From: a plasmid
Length of the DNA: 64,000 bases
Sequence record: CP071152.1
Direction: 5' to 3' (one strand)
The notes beneath the pieces were generated by a model that was given only the letters and a program-made list of their open reading frames with translations, was not told where the DNA came from and ran no database searches. This document shows, one piece after another, positions 26,754 through 36,900 of the stretch; position 1 is the stretch's first letter, and every line of letters begins with the position of its first letter. Position numbers and translations under genes: made by a program.

Positions 26754-29162
26754 ATGAGACACAGTCGGAGACTGAAAAAGATTGCGTTGGCTATCGGATT
26801 GCTCTGCACCGGCACCCTTGCCCAGGCACAGGTCTACGAATTGTCCTTCGTGGACACGCTGGGGGCGACCAAGGTCAGAAAGCCCACCGCTACCTGGTAC
26901 AACCCGGCATCGCAGCTGGTGGTGACCACCATCAGTGGGCTGGATCGGATGGTCAAGCTTGAACTGATTAAGGGGACGACAGTTGTTGAGACCCAGACCT
27001 CGCCGCTCATCACGCTCGCAAACCGGATCGTTGCTTCTGATGCCAGCGAGTTTTACGGGGTCAAGTTCAGCCTTACCCCGCCCGCTGATGGCAACTACAC
27101 GCTGCGTACCACCGTGCTCGACATCAACGGCACCCCCGTATCGAGCAACAACTACACGTTCAACGTGGACACAGTTGCGCCAACCGCCGCCCCGATCATT
27201 TCTCAAAACAGCGGGTATAGCCAGGTTACGACCGGTGCTGAATGGAAACTGGGGCTTGGTAACTCCGGCTATGAATACTTCTTCCTGAACTCGGTGGCTG
27301 ATAGCAGTGGCGTCGCCAGCGGCAAATACATCGTCTACCGGCAGGATGGGACTATCTACAAGAGCGTGGATGTGCCGTTCACCTCCGCCACCAACTCGTT
27401 CACCTACGCCATTGAGAACAGCTTCCCCAATTCGAATTTGCAGGAGGTCTTCAAGATTGGCTTCGACGTTACTGACCTTGCTGGCAACGTCTTTATCAGT
27501 CCTCGTCAGGGGGTGCGCTACGACAACATGCTGGGTACACCGTCCCAGCCGTTCGGTGTCTACGATCCGACCTCTAGCAACGTGCTCGGCCCCGGGCTTG
27601 ATGGCTTCGTGCCTTACGTGTCTGGGATGACGGTGAAGACCAACCCGATCCGGCTGGCCTACCGGATCCCGGTGAGTGACTACGGTGGATATTACGAGTG
27701 GGGCACCCGACTCCTGAATGGAGGCGGCGAGAACATCAAGGTGGGTGAGGACGCGAACTACGTCTACATCACCATGTCCGCTCCCTTTGGCCTCAAGGAC
27801 ATCAACACCATCCGCTGGACCACCTTTGGCCAGTGGGGTTATGGCTATTTCGATTACAACCTGGTGCAGGATGCCACTGCCCCTGTCACCCCCGCAATGT
27901 CCTCCGTGCAGTATGAGTACAGCGACATCGGCTGGTCCGATTGGGCACGTAACGTGCTGAACGACGCTCTGCCGGTCACCATCACCGGTTACCGGGTTAC
28001 CGCAAAGGCCCGCACCTACGACCAGACGTTTTCCCATCGCGGTGGTACATGCGTCATCCCGGCAGGAGACACCACCTGTACCATCACCGCCAACAAGGTG
28101 CTGAATAAGGGGACTGCGGGTGGCATACATGATCAGGCAAACCTGAAAAATCCCGGCGGCACCCTCTGGTCGAATCCGGGCTGGGCTGATGTGTACTGGA
28201 ACGATCTTTACTACCCCCAAGTCACACCGGAGTACAATGACAGCACCAAGATCCTGAAACTGCTCATCAAGCTGCCAGGCTACGGTGGTAGTGGCGGACG
28301 GATCAATCTGAGCTCACTCACCCTGGAGAGCAAGGGGGTGAAGGTCACTCCAACCGGCGGCAAAATTGCGCAAAGCGGCGGGGATTTCACCTACCAATAC
28401 GACTTGGCCACCCTGCCAGAGGCGACCTATGACCTCGCTGTGGTAGCGAAGGAGACGTTTGGCCCGACCACAAAACTGGATCTGTTCCATTTTGTCTCCG
28501 ACCGCACTGCTCCCACCCTCGCAATGACCTACAAGGGTGGCGCTGTCCCAACGGGCGTCGAAACCATCAAAGATCTTCGGGTGCAGATCGCCGACACGGT
28601 CGACACCCACCCGCAAATCACTCGCATGACCCTCAAGGGCGGCCCGATCAATGACGCGCTGGATTTGGGCTTCTCCCAGCTGGCCGACGGGTACGCACCC
28701 GAGGTACCCCGGATGTTCCCGACACTGGAAGCCGGGCAGTCCTACACCCTGAAAGTCGATGCCCAGGATAGCCAAGGGAACAAGACGAGCCTGACTAAAG
28801 TCTTCTCGCTCAGTCCCCAGAACATGGTGAGCGCAGACCCCGTCAACATGATGTCGGTCTCGAAGTCCTTGATGGACGCCAACGACAAACCCCTCGCGCT
28901 GGTGAAATTCAAAGGCAGTTTGACCGACGGCGGCACCCAGTCACGCGGACCCCAGACCGGGTACATCACCCTGCGCCGCGACGCCAATTTCTCGGTGATG
29001 TTCAACGGCACCCAGATTGCCCCAGGCGAGACCAAAGACATCGTTATCCCACTCGACCAAACCGGTGAGGCAAATCTGCCGGTATGGCCAGCCGAGCCCG
29101 GCGTCGACGGAAAGGCGTCGTTCATGATCGACATCCCCCAAGTTGTCGCGGTCAGTGAGTAA
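26754..29162 (+). CDS. Secreted 802-aa protein, tandem paralogue 2 (type-B core)
   Basis: Signal peptide MRHSRRLKKIALAIGLLCTGTLAQAQ. N- and C-terminal modules shared with paralogues 1, 3 and 4; middle ~430 aa matches paralogue 4. Confidence 0.8.
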   Translation: MRHSRRLKKIALAIGLLCTGTLAQAQVYELSFVDTLGATKVRKPTATWYNPASQLVVTTISGLDRMVKLELIKGTTVVETQTSPLITLANRIVASDASEFYGVKFSLTPPADGNYTLRTTVLDINGTPVSSNNYTFNVDTVAPTAAPIISQNSGYSQVTTGAEWKLGLGNSGYEYFFLNSVADSSGVASGKYIVYRQDGTIYKSVDVPFTSATNSFTYAIENSFPNSNLQEVFKIGFDVTDLAGNVFISPRQGVRYDNMLGTPSQPFGVYDPTSSNVLGPGLDGFVPYVSGMTVKTNPIRLAYRIPVSDYGGYYEWGTRLLNGGGENIKVGEDANYVYITMSAPFGLKDINTIRWTTFGQWGYGYFDYNLVQDATAPVTPAMSSVQYEYSDIGWSDWARNVLNDALPVTITGYRVTAKARTYDQTFSHRGGTCVIPAGDTTCTITANKVLNKGTAGGIHDQANLKNPGGTLWSNPGWADVYWNDLYYPQVTPEYNDSTKILKLLIKLPGYGGSGGRINLSSLTLESKGVKVTPTGGKIAQSGGDFTYQYDLATLPEATYDLAVVAKETFGPTTKLDLFHFVSDRTAPTLAMTYKGGAVPTGVETIKDLRVQIADTVDTHPQITRMTLKGGPINDALDLGFSQLADGYAPEVPRMFPTLEAGQSYTLKVDAQDSQGNKTSLTKVFSLSPQNMVSADPVNMMSVSKSLMDANDKPLALVKFKGSLTDGGTQSRGPQTGYITLRRDANFSVMFNGTQIAPGETKDIVIPLDQTGEANLPVWPAEPGVDGKASFMIDIPQVVAVSE

Positions 29163-29172
29163 GGAAGACCAG

Positions 29173-31539
29173 ATGAAGCTGAAAACACAAGTGACAAGGA
29201 TTGCGCTGGCGGTTGGGGTGCTCTGTTTGGCCAGCGTTGCCCAGGCTCAGATCTACGAAATGTCATACACGGACACCAACGGAGCCTTGCAGGTCAAGGG
29301 CCCTGCGGTGACCTGGTACAGCACCAACAGCGATGTGGTGGTGACGGCCATTTCCGGGCTTGACCGCAAAGTGAAGCTGGAACTGGTGAAGGGGACCACG
29401 GTGGTTCAAAGCCAGACCTCGGGGCTTATCACGGTTGCAAACCGGATCACCGCCGCCGATGGCAAGGAGTTCTATGGCACCAAGTTCACCCTGACCCGAC
29501 CGGCGGACGGGAACTACACCCTGCGCTCTACCGTGCTGGACATCAACAATGCGGTGGTGACAGCCACTAACTACACCTTCAACGTCGATACCGTGGGGCC
29601 CTATTCGACGCAGGCCTTCTCCTTCACGGTAGGTGGGGGTACAGGTGGTTCGGTGGCGGTGTTTGGCCCGGATTCGGGTGGGAACTCCATCAACCTCAAT
29701 GGCATTGTGGATGATGGCAGTGGCGTAGCCTCCGCGACCTATTACACCATCGACTCAGCCGGGACCAAGCGCGAGAAGGCGACAACACTCACCTCCACGA
29801 CGCCAGCAAACTGGAACGTCAAAGCGAACTGGGCTTCTGCGAGCAACGTAACCCCGACTCAGGGGCTTTACACCATTGGCCTCGCTATGACCGATGTGGC
29901 AGGCAACATCGGGAAAAAAGAGAACCAGAGCTATATCGACCCGATCCTGCCACCGCTGGTATCGGAGATCTGGAACTCATCCACCGGGCTGTGGCAACCG
30001 CTGGCCGGAGCCGTCAGCTACGAGAACCCGGTGAAGGTTAGGGTCAAGATCCCCAAGACCGACCATGTGAACTTCAATGGCACCAACTACGGCTTCGTGC
30101 AGTCGCCGCACAGTACCGATGCCACCTATGCCTACTACCAATACACGGCGTCAGCGCCCTCGTCCTATGGCTACTGGCGCTTTACCACCAAGGCTGGCCT
30201 CTATCGCGATGTCCAAACGTCGGTCGTGAATAGCGTCACCCTGCTTGGCAGTGCAGCCCCCGGACCGGCCTACACCAACATGCAGTACGGGGTGGTGGGC
30301 AAGGCCATGGTCAACTCAGGCTGGGTACGATTTAGTGTGCCAACGACCGTCGATCGCGTGACGGTGAATGTGGCCGCCCGTTCCTATCCGCAAAAAATCA
30401 CGGTCAACAACGCCAACTGTGTCGTGCCGATTGACGGAACCACCTGCACGATGGACCCGCTGGTGAGTTACACCACTGGGCGCGGGTACATCCCGTACAC
30501 CATCAACATCACCAACACGGTCAATACCTCGCAGAGCGTGAACGTGGGGTATTTCTACACCTATTGGGATTTCAACCCGCCTGTCATAGACGACTTCACC
30601 TATACCTCCGACGCCCGCAAGCTCTTCTTGTACGTCACGGACAATGACCGCACCGATAACTGGCAGTTAAGCGCGTGGGATACCCGCGATTTCACGGTCA
30701 AGGCCACCAATAGCGCGAACCAAGTGTTCACCATGCCGCTGATCACCTCCAGAGACGAGAGCTACAAGAACAAGTACGCAGAGTTCAACACCGCCTCGTT
30801 GGCCGAAGGGGTGTACGACTTCACGGCGACCGCGACTGACACCTACGGCAACGCCGCGACAAGAACGCTCTCCGGGGTGGTGGTTGACTCGACTGGCCCG
30901 AGTATCAGCGTGACCAACAAGGGCGGCTCGATGACCAGCGTGGAAACCATCAAGGATTTCCGCGTGTCCTTGGAGGACAGCGTCGACCCGGAGCCGGTCA
31001 TCACCTCGATGAGCCTGGTGGGTGGCCCCATCAATGACAAGCTGCTGCTGGGTTACTCCAAGCTCTCCGACGGATGGCAACCCGAAGTACCCCGGATGTT
31101 CCCCACCCTCAAGCCGGGCCAGGAATACACCTTCAAGGTGGAGGCCAAGGACTTCCAGGGCAACAAATCCACGTACAGCAAGACCTTCTCGTTGACCCAA
31201 CAGAACCTTGTCGAAGCGGACGGGGTCAGTGTGATGGCGGTCTCGAAGTCCCTCATGGACTCCCACGATCAACCCCTCGGGATGGTTGAGTTCAAAGCTG
31301 CCTTGACGGACGGCGGCACCCAAAGCCGTGGGCCACAAGCTGGGTACATCACCCTGCGTAGCGATGCGGCCTTTGGCGTGATTTTTAACGGCCAGCCAGT
31401 GCAACCCGGTGAAACCAAGGATGTGGTGATCCCGCTCGATGTGGAAGGGATGGCGAAACTGCCGGTGTGGCCAGCGACATCTGGAACCAATGGCGTAGCG
31501 AGTTACATGATCGACATCCCCCAACTGGTCGCCAACTAA
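29173..31539 (+). CDS. Secreted ~788-aa protein, tandem paralogue 3 (type-A core)
   Basis: Start at MKLKTQVTRIALAVGVLCLASVAQAQ (RBS AAGGAAG). Middle region homologous to paralogue 1. Confidence 0.8.
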   Translation: MKLKTQVTRIALAVGVLCLASVAQAQIYEMSYTDTNGALQVKGPAVTWYSTNSDVVVTAISGLDRKVKLELVKGTTVVQSQTSGLITVANRITAADGKEFYGTKFTLTRPADGNYTLRSTVLDINNAVVTATNYTFNVDTVGPYSTQAFSFTVGGGTGGSVAVFGPDSGGNSINLNGIVDDGSGVASATYYTIDSAGTKREKATTLTSTTPANWNVKANWASASNVTPTQGLYTIGLAMTDVAGNIGKKENQSYIDPILPPLVSEIWNSSTGLWQPLAGAVSYENPVKVRVKIPKTDHVNFNGTNYGFVQSPHSTDATYAYYQYTASAPSSYGYWRFTTKAGLYRDVQTSVVNSVTLLGSAAPGPAYTNMQYGVVGKAMVNSGWVRFSVPTTVDRVTVNVAARSYPQKITVNNANCVVPIDGTTCTMDPLVSYTTGRGYIPYTINITNTVNTSQSVNVGYFYTYWDFNPPVIDDFTYTSDARKLFLYVTDNDRTDNWQLSAWDTRDFTVKATNSANQVFTMPLITSRDESYKNKYAEFNTASLAEGVYDFTATATDTYGNAATRTLSGVVVDSTGPSISVTNKGGSMTSVETIKDFRVSLEDSVDPEPVITSMSLVGGPINDKLLLGYSKLSDGWQPEVPRMFPTLKPGQEYTFKVEAKDFQGNKSTYSKTFSLTQQNLVEADGVSVMAVSKSLMDSHDQPLGMVEFKAALTDGGTQSRGPQAGYITLRSDAAFGVIFNGQPVQPGETKDVVIPLDVEGMAKLPVWPATSGTNGVASYMIDIPQLVAN

Positions 31540-31548
31540 GGAGCAAAG

Positions 31549-33960
31549 ATGAGCATGAATTTGAACCTGACAAAACTGGCGGCGGCCATTGGATTGCTCT
31601 GTAGCGCGAGCTTTGCCCACGCTCAAGTTTACGAATTGTCGTATACGGACCCTTACTCAGCCGTGAAAGTGCAGAAGCCGTCCGTGAAGTTTATCAACCC
31701 CGCTTCGGGGCTGACGGTAACGGCCATTTCTGGCCTTGACCGCAAGGTGAGACTGGAACTTATCAAGGGCACCACCGTAGTCCAGAGCCAGACCTCCCCG
31801 CTGATCACGGTCGCCAACCGGATTGTGGCCTCCGATAGCAACGAGTTTTACGGCACCAAATTCACCGTCAGCGACCCGGGCGATGGCAACTACATCCTGC
31901 GCTCTACCATCCTCGACATCTCCGGGGTGGTGGTTGCTACCACCGACTATCCGCTGATGCTGGACCGCGTTGCGCCTACCTCTAACCCTATCGCCGTGCA
32001 AAATAGCACCGGCTACAGTCAGGTATCGAGCGGGCCTGAGTGGAAGTTGGGGACGGGCGGATCCGAGACCCCCGACATCCTGATCACCGGCCTGTCCGAT
32101 AGCAGTGGTATCGCTAGCGGAAAATTCGTGGTCTATCGGGAGAGTGGCGCGGTCTACAAGAGCGTGGCGCTCAGCTACAACGCGAGCTCGAACAGCTTTG
32201 CCTATCCGAAAAATTCCACGTTCCCGAGTTCGAACCTGGATGAGTTGTTCAAGCTCCAGTTTGAAGTGACAGACCTCGCGGGCAACGTCTACAAGACCCC
32301 GTTGCAAGGGGCCCGCTGGGATAACATCGCCAACCCGCCGGGTGTGTTCGGTGTGTATAACCCGAACACCAGCTCCACGCTGGCCCCAGGCCTGACCGGT
32401 TTCGACCCCTATGTGAGCGGCATGACCGTCATGACCAACCCGATCCGGCTAGCCTATCGGCTTGCTCGCACCAACTATGCCGGTTACGTCCAATCGGGGA
32501 TCAACTTGACGAACGGGGTGGGGGAAGTCACCAAAGTCGGTGAGGATGCCGACTATGTCTACCTGACCATGACGACGCCCTTTGGTTTTACCGATGGCAA
32601 CTACGTGCGTTGGGTCAACTTTGGTTCTTGGGCTGGTGGCAACATCGGCTACAACCTGGTGCTCTCTCCCAGTGCGGCGCAAACCCCGGTGATGAGCAAA
32701 GTCGAGTATCTGTACAGTGACATTGGCTGGGCCAGCTGGAACCGCTGGGATGTTCAAAATGACCTGCTGCCCATCACGATCACTCAGGAGCGGGTCACCG
32801 TTCAAGCGCGGCCCTACGATCAGAAGTGGTCTCACCACGCGACCTGTACCATTCCGGCGGGCCAAACGTCCTGTACCAACAACTGGACCGCCACCATGGC
32901 GCTGGGCACCACCGGTTACCTGCATGACGGGGCCATGTTGACCAACGTGGACGGCAGTCTCAGGGGAAATCCAGGCTGGGCCAACGTCACCTGGAACGAC
33001 AGACATTACCCCGCCATCGCCACTGAGTACGATGCCGCTACCAAGTCCCTCAAGTTGATGATCAACCAGCCTGGACGGGGATCCTACTTCGACCATCTTC
33101 GACTCAAAGATGTGTGGCTGGAGGGCAATGGTGTGAAGGTGACCCCGACTGGCGGCAAGATTGCCGAAAGTGGTCCCGACTACACCTATCAGTACAACCT
33201 CGCCTCGCTGCCAGAAGGTGTCTACAACAACCTCGCTGTGTTTGCGCTGGAGATGCACGGCCCGAAAACCAAGGTCAGTCTCTTTGACTTCACCTCCGAC
33301 CGTACCCCGCCCACATTGACGATGAGCTACAAAGGCGGCGCAGTACCCGCTGGGGTTGAAACCATCAAAGATCTGCGCGTGAAGGTCACCGACACGGTGG
33401 ACACCAAGCCGCAGATCACCCGCATGACGCTCAAGGGCGGCCCGATCAATGACGCGCTGGATCTGGGGTTTACCCTGCAAGGCGGTGAATACGCACCCGA
33501 GGTGCCCCGGATGTTCCCGACACTGGAAGCCGGGCAAACCTACACGCTGAAAGTTGAGGCTCAGGACAACCAGAGCAACAAATCGAGCCTGACCCAAACC
33601 CTCTCGTTGTCCCCCCAGAACATGGTGAGCGCAGACCCCGTCAACATGATGTCGGTCTCGAAGTCCTTGATGGACGCCAACGACAAACCCCTCGCGCTGG
33701 TGAAGTTCAGAGGCAGCCTGACAGACGGGGGTTCGCAGTCACGCGGCCCGCAGTCCGGCTACATCACGCTGCGTCGTGATTCGAACTTCTCCGTGATGTT
33801 CAACGGCACCCTGATCGCCCCCGGCGAAACCAAGGACATCGTGATCCCGTTGGACACCGCAGGCGAGGCGAGTCTGCCGGTGTGGCCAGCCGAGCCCGGC
33901 GTGAATGGTAAAGCGAGCTACATGATTGATATTCCTCAAGTTGTGACAGTCGACGAATAA
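31549..33960 (+). CDS. Secreted 803-aa protein, tandem paralogue 4 (type-B core)
   Basis: Signal peptide MSMNLNLTKLAAAIGLLCSASFAHAQ. A C-terminal ~95-nt tract is nucleotide-identical to paralogue 2 (33608-33700 vs 28806-28898). Confidence 0.8.
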   Translation: MSMNLNLTKLAAAIGLLCSASFAHAQVYELSYTDPYSAVKVQKPSVKFINPASGLTVTAISGLDRKVRLELIKGTTVVQSQTSPLITVANRIVASDSNEFYGTKFTVSDPGDGNYILRSTILDISGVVVATTDYPLMLDRVAPTSNPIAVQNSTGYSQVSSGPEWKLGTGGSETPDILITGLSDSSGIASGKFVVYRESGAVYKSVALSYNASSNSFAYPKNSTFPSSNLDELFKLQFEVTDLAGNVYKTPLQGARWDNIANPPGVFGVYNPNTSSTLAPGLTGFDPYVSGMTVMTNPIRLAYRLARTNYAGYVQSGINLTNGVGEVTKVGEDADYVYLTMTTPFGFTDGNYVRWVNFGSWAGGNIGYNLVLSPSAAQTPVMSKVEYLYSDIGWASWNRWDVQNDLLPITITQERVTVQARPYDQKWSHHATCTIPAGQTSCTNNWTATMALGTTGYLHDGAMLTNVDGSLRGNPGWANVTWNDRHYPAIATEYDAATKSLKLMINQPGRGSYFDHLRLKDVWLEGNGVKVTPTGGKIAESGPDYTYQYNLASLPEGVYNNLAVFALEMHGPKTKVSLFDFTSDRTPPTLTMSYKGGAVPAGVETIKDLRVKVTDTVDTKPQITRMTLKGGPINDALDLGFTLQGGEYAPEVPRMFPTLEAGQTYTLKVEAQDNQSNKSSLTQTLSLSPQNMVSADPVNMMSVSKSLMDANDKPLALVKFRGSLTDGGSQSRGPQSGYITLRRDSNFSVMFNGTLIAPGETKDIVIPLDTAGEASLPVWPAEPGVNGKASYMIDIPQVVTVDE

Positions 33961-33971
33961 GGAAGGACTAG

Positions 33972-36900
33972 ATGAAGATGAATAAAACAAAAATTGCCGT
34001 AGTGGTCAGTGCGGTCCTCGCACAACCAGCCTTCGCTGCTTCGATGACTGTGACAGGCGAGATCAACACCACCACCCCGACCGTGCAGGTGACGCCCAAA
34101 GGGACACTCTACGAGGGGGTCAAGGAGTCTGAGATCAAGCTCTCCTCGAACAACGAGGGCTGCCGCGTGGTCTACAAAGAGTCCGCGCTGGAAACCCTGC
34201 AACCGGGGGTATTGGGCTGCTACCTGGTGATCGACCCCGCTGATTTGCCGGTAGGGATCGAGTTCGACCCAGGCCAAGCCAGGCTGATTGGCACCACTGC
34301 CCAAAGCGGGCAAAAGGCAGTGCCCTATAAGCTCTTCTACAAATCCGGTAGTGCTGGCACCCCGGAGGAAGTTGGCTCTGGCGTGCTGCCGTTCCTGATC
34401 ACCCCGACCCTGCCGCCGGTCATCACCAACATCTTCGGTCGCTTTGACGAGCCGGTGTGGGATCTGGGCAAAGAGCCCTCCGTTCATCGCCGCTCGACCT
34501 CTGGCCAGCTCAAGTTCATGGTGGAGCCGCGCCCGTTTGACCAGCGGATCGTGATCAGCGACTTCTCGAACTGCGTGGTGAAGGAGGGGGAAGACAACTG
34601 CGTGGCGGTGAACAATTCCATGCAGAACATTCTGGGTGAGAGTGAGACGGGCAACAAGCCGATGCTGGTGTCCGCCAACTCCACCAACAACTACTTTGCG
34701 CCAGTGAACGATCAGGTTGCTCTGTCCTGGGACTTTAGGCCGCCGCTGGTGGGCGCGAACGTGCAGGGTAATACCGAATCGCCGCTCCAAACCATCGAGA
34801 CCACCGAAGGGGTGCAAGATGTGCCGTATTCGACCATCGCGGTCATCGTCAACTCGCCCCACAATGACCAGACCAAGAGCTGGTGGCACCCAGCCACCCT
34901 CAAGATGGTGCTGACGCCCGACCCAGAATCGCCGCGCAAGATCTATCTGTCCTACAAGAGTCGGCAACTGCTGAGTGTCGCGGGCACCACCCACGACAAC
35001 ACCACCGTGGCGGCCACGCCAGTAGGCAAATACATCGTTACCGGCCCGCAGCAGTTCCGGTACAACTTCGACATGAACACCATCAAGGATGGTGACTTCC
35101 TGGTGAAGATGGAGGTAACCGACCAGTACGGCAACACCAGCACCTCGGACGCCAGGCCCATCCGTCTGGACCGCTATGGCCCGCAAGTCGGCCTGTATGG
35201 GCCCGACCTGTCTGCTGTGGCCGATGGCGAAGTGGTGTTCTTCCCCGAACGCCTGACGGTCGCCTCCTACAACGGGTATACCGGCGGCGTGGTCGAGACG
35301 AAGGCCACCCTGGGCGGCGTTGAGTTGCCGTTGTCCCCCACGGACACTGAGGGTGTGTTCACCGTTGGCAAAACCGACCTCTCTGCCCTGACCTCGGGTG
35401 AATCCTACCCGCTGATCGTGACTGCCAAGGACAAGGCCGATCGGGTCACCACCAAGACCTACCAGGTCCGCTATGCCGCGACCGCGCTTAGCCTCTCACC
35501 GACTCCGGCCAACCCTGTACAGTTTGTGCAGCGGGTGTCCGTGAAGGTCGACAACACCGGCTACAACTGCCCCATTAACTACACCCAGGAGCAGGCCGCA
35601 GAGATGGCGGCGACCTACAACAAGATTGCCTGCTATGCCGAGTGGGATCTGCCACCGGGCATGGAAGCGACCGTGAGCGTTCTGGGTAACGTTGTGCTCG
35701 AAGGCTTCGTGGACGACACCGTGGGCCGTATCGGCTACACGCTCCACGCGGTAAGCCCCGAAGGGTATGTTATGGAGGTCACCAAGGGCTCCGTGGATCT
35801 GAAACCCACGCCTGCCACCGAACCTGTCATCTCCTTCCAGGGACGGCGCAAGCAGGGCGATGATGGCCTGATGATCGACATTAATGGCGGGGTGGCCGGT
35901 AGTGCAATCGTCAACTCGTCGCCGGGCGATCTGGATCTGACCGTGAACATTCCGGGTGTGGGTGAGACGACCAACTCCATCCGTATGCGCCCGCGTCCGA
36001 CTGGCGGGGACTCCAAGACCTCCGCAATCATCAAGGTGCCGAAGGGCGACATCTGGACCGTCTACCCGGTCGAGATCAAGGCCAAGTATTCTCGTACCAA
36101 TGAGCTGTCCGCTACCAAGGAAGGCAAGGTTTATATCGTGCCGTCCAAGAACTTGAAGATAAACATGAGCGGGATGGATCGGGAGTCGGTGGATAACGAA
36201 ACCTCCACGATCTCCTCGTCCATCGGGGAGTTCGACAGCAAGACCAAGCAGATCAACTACCGCCAGAACGAGCACGGCGAGTGGAACATGCGCTTGATGC
36301 AGGTCGTCACCAGCTACAAGGACGGCAATCAGTCCAAGACCTTTGTCCCGCTCACCGACATTAAGAAGACCGATGCCGAAGGCAAGGTGGATCTGGTGTT
36401 CGACCCGAGCAAGGCAGAAGGCCGGTCCATCACCTACGTGACCGAGGGTGAGGTTATTTCGCCCTTTGCCCAGTTCAAGCTCAAGATTGTCTCTGCCAAA
36501 CGCCACCTGAACCTCATCAAGGGGGTAGGGGTGGATGGTACGCCCAACGTGACCGAAATCGTTGACCAGGTGCCGATGAAGGCGACCATCAAGGTCAAGC
36601 CGGATTCCGAGCAAGATAAGGATGCGCTAGGCGAGGTGGAGTGGCAGATCCGCAGCGGCGATTCCGGTGCATGGGTGCCTGCACCCGAAGCAACGGGCCG
36701 CTTGAGCTACGTGTTCACCACCGAGGAGCCGGGCAAATGGCAGGTGCGGGCCATCCTGCACAACCGCTTGACCAACGTCACCAACCCGACCGACATCACC
36801 ACCCTGGTTGCCTATGCCAAACCTGACATCCAGCTGGTGCAGAAGAAGATCGTCCTCAAGGGTCAACCAATCCCGCTGGAAGTGACCGGCAGCCATGGCG

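Noticed and set aside
26706-28220. Long antisense ORFs (504, 382 and 416 aa; also 30667..31626, 32449..33597, 33936..35186, 35496..36614, 36627..37580) inside the paralogue and giant-protein genes
   Set aside because: These are shadow ORFs expected in ~60% GC DNA opposite strongly coding sense frames. The sense frames carry signal peptides, ribosome-binding sites and inter-paralogue conservation, while the antisense translations are Arg/Gly/His-rich with no motifs.
24381-33960. The four paralogues considered as polymorphic toxins (Rhs/CDI-like) with variable C-termini
   Set aside because: The architecture is the opposite: conserved N- and C-terminal modules with a variable core. No YD/RHS repeats, no small immunity-like ORFs following each gene, and all four carry classical Sec signal peptides.
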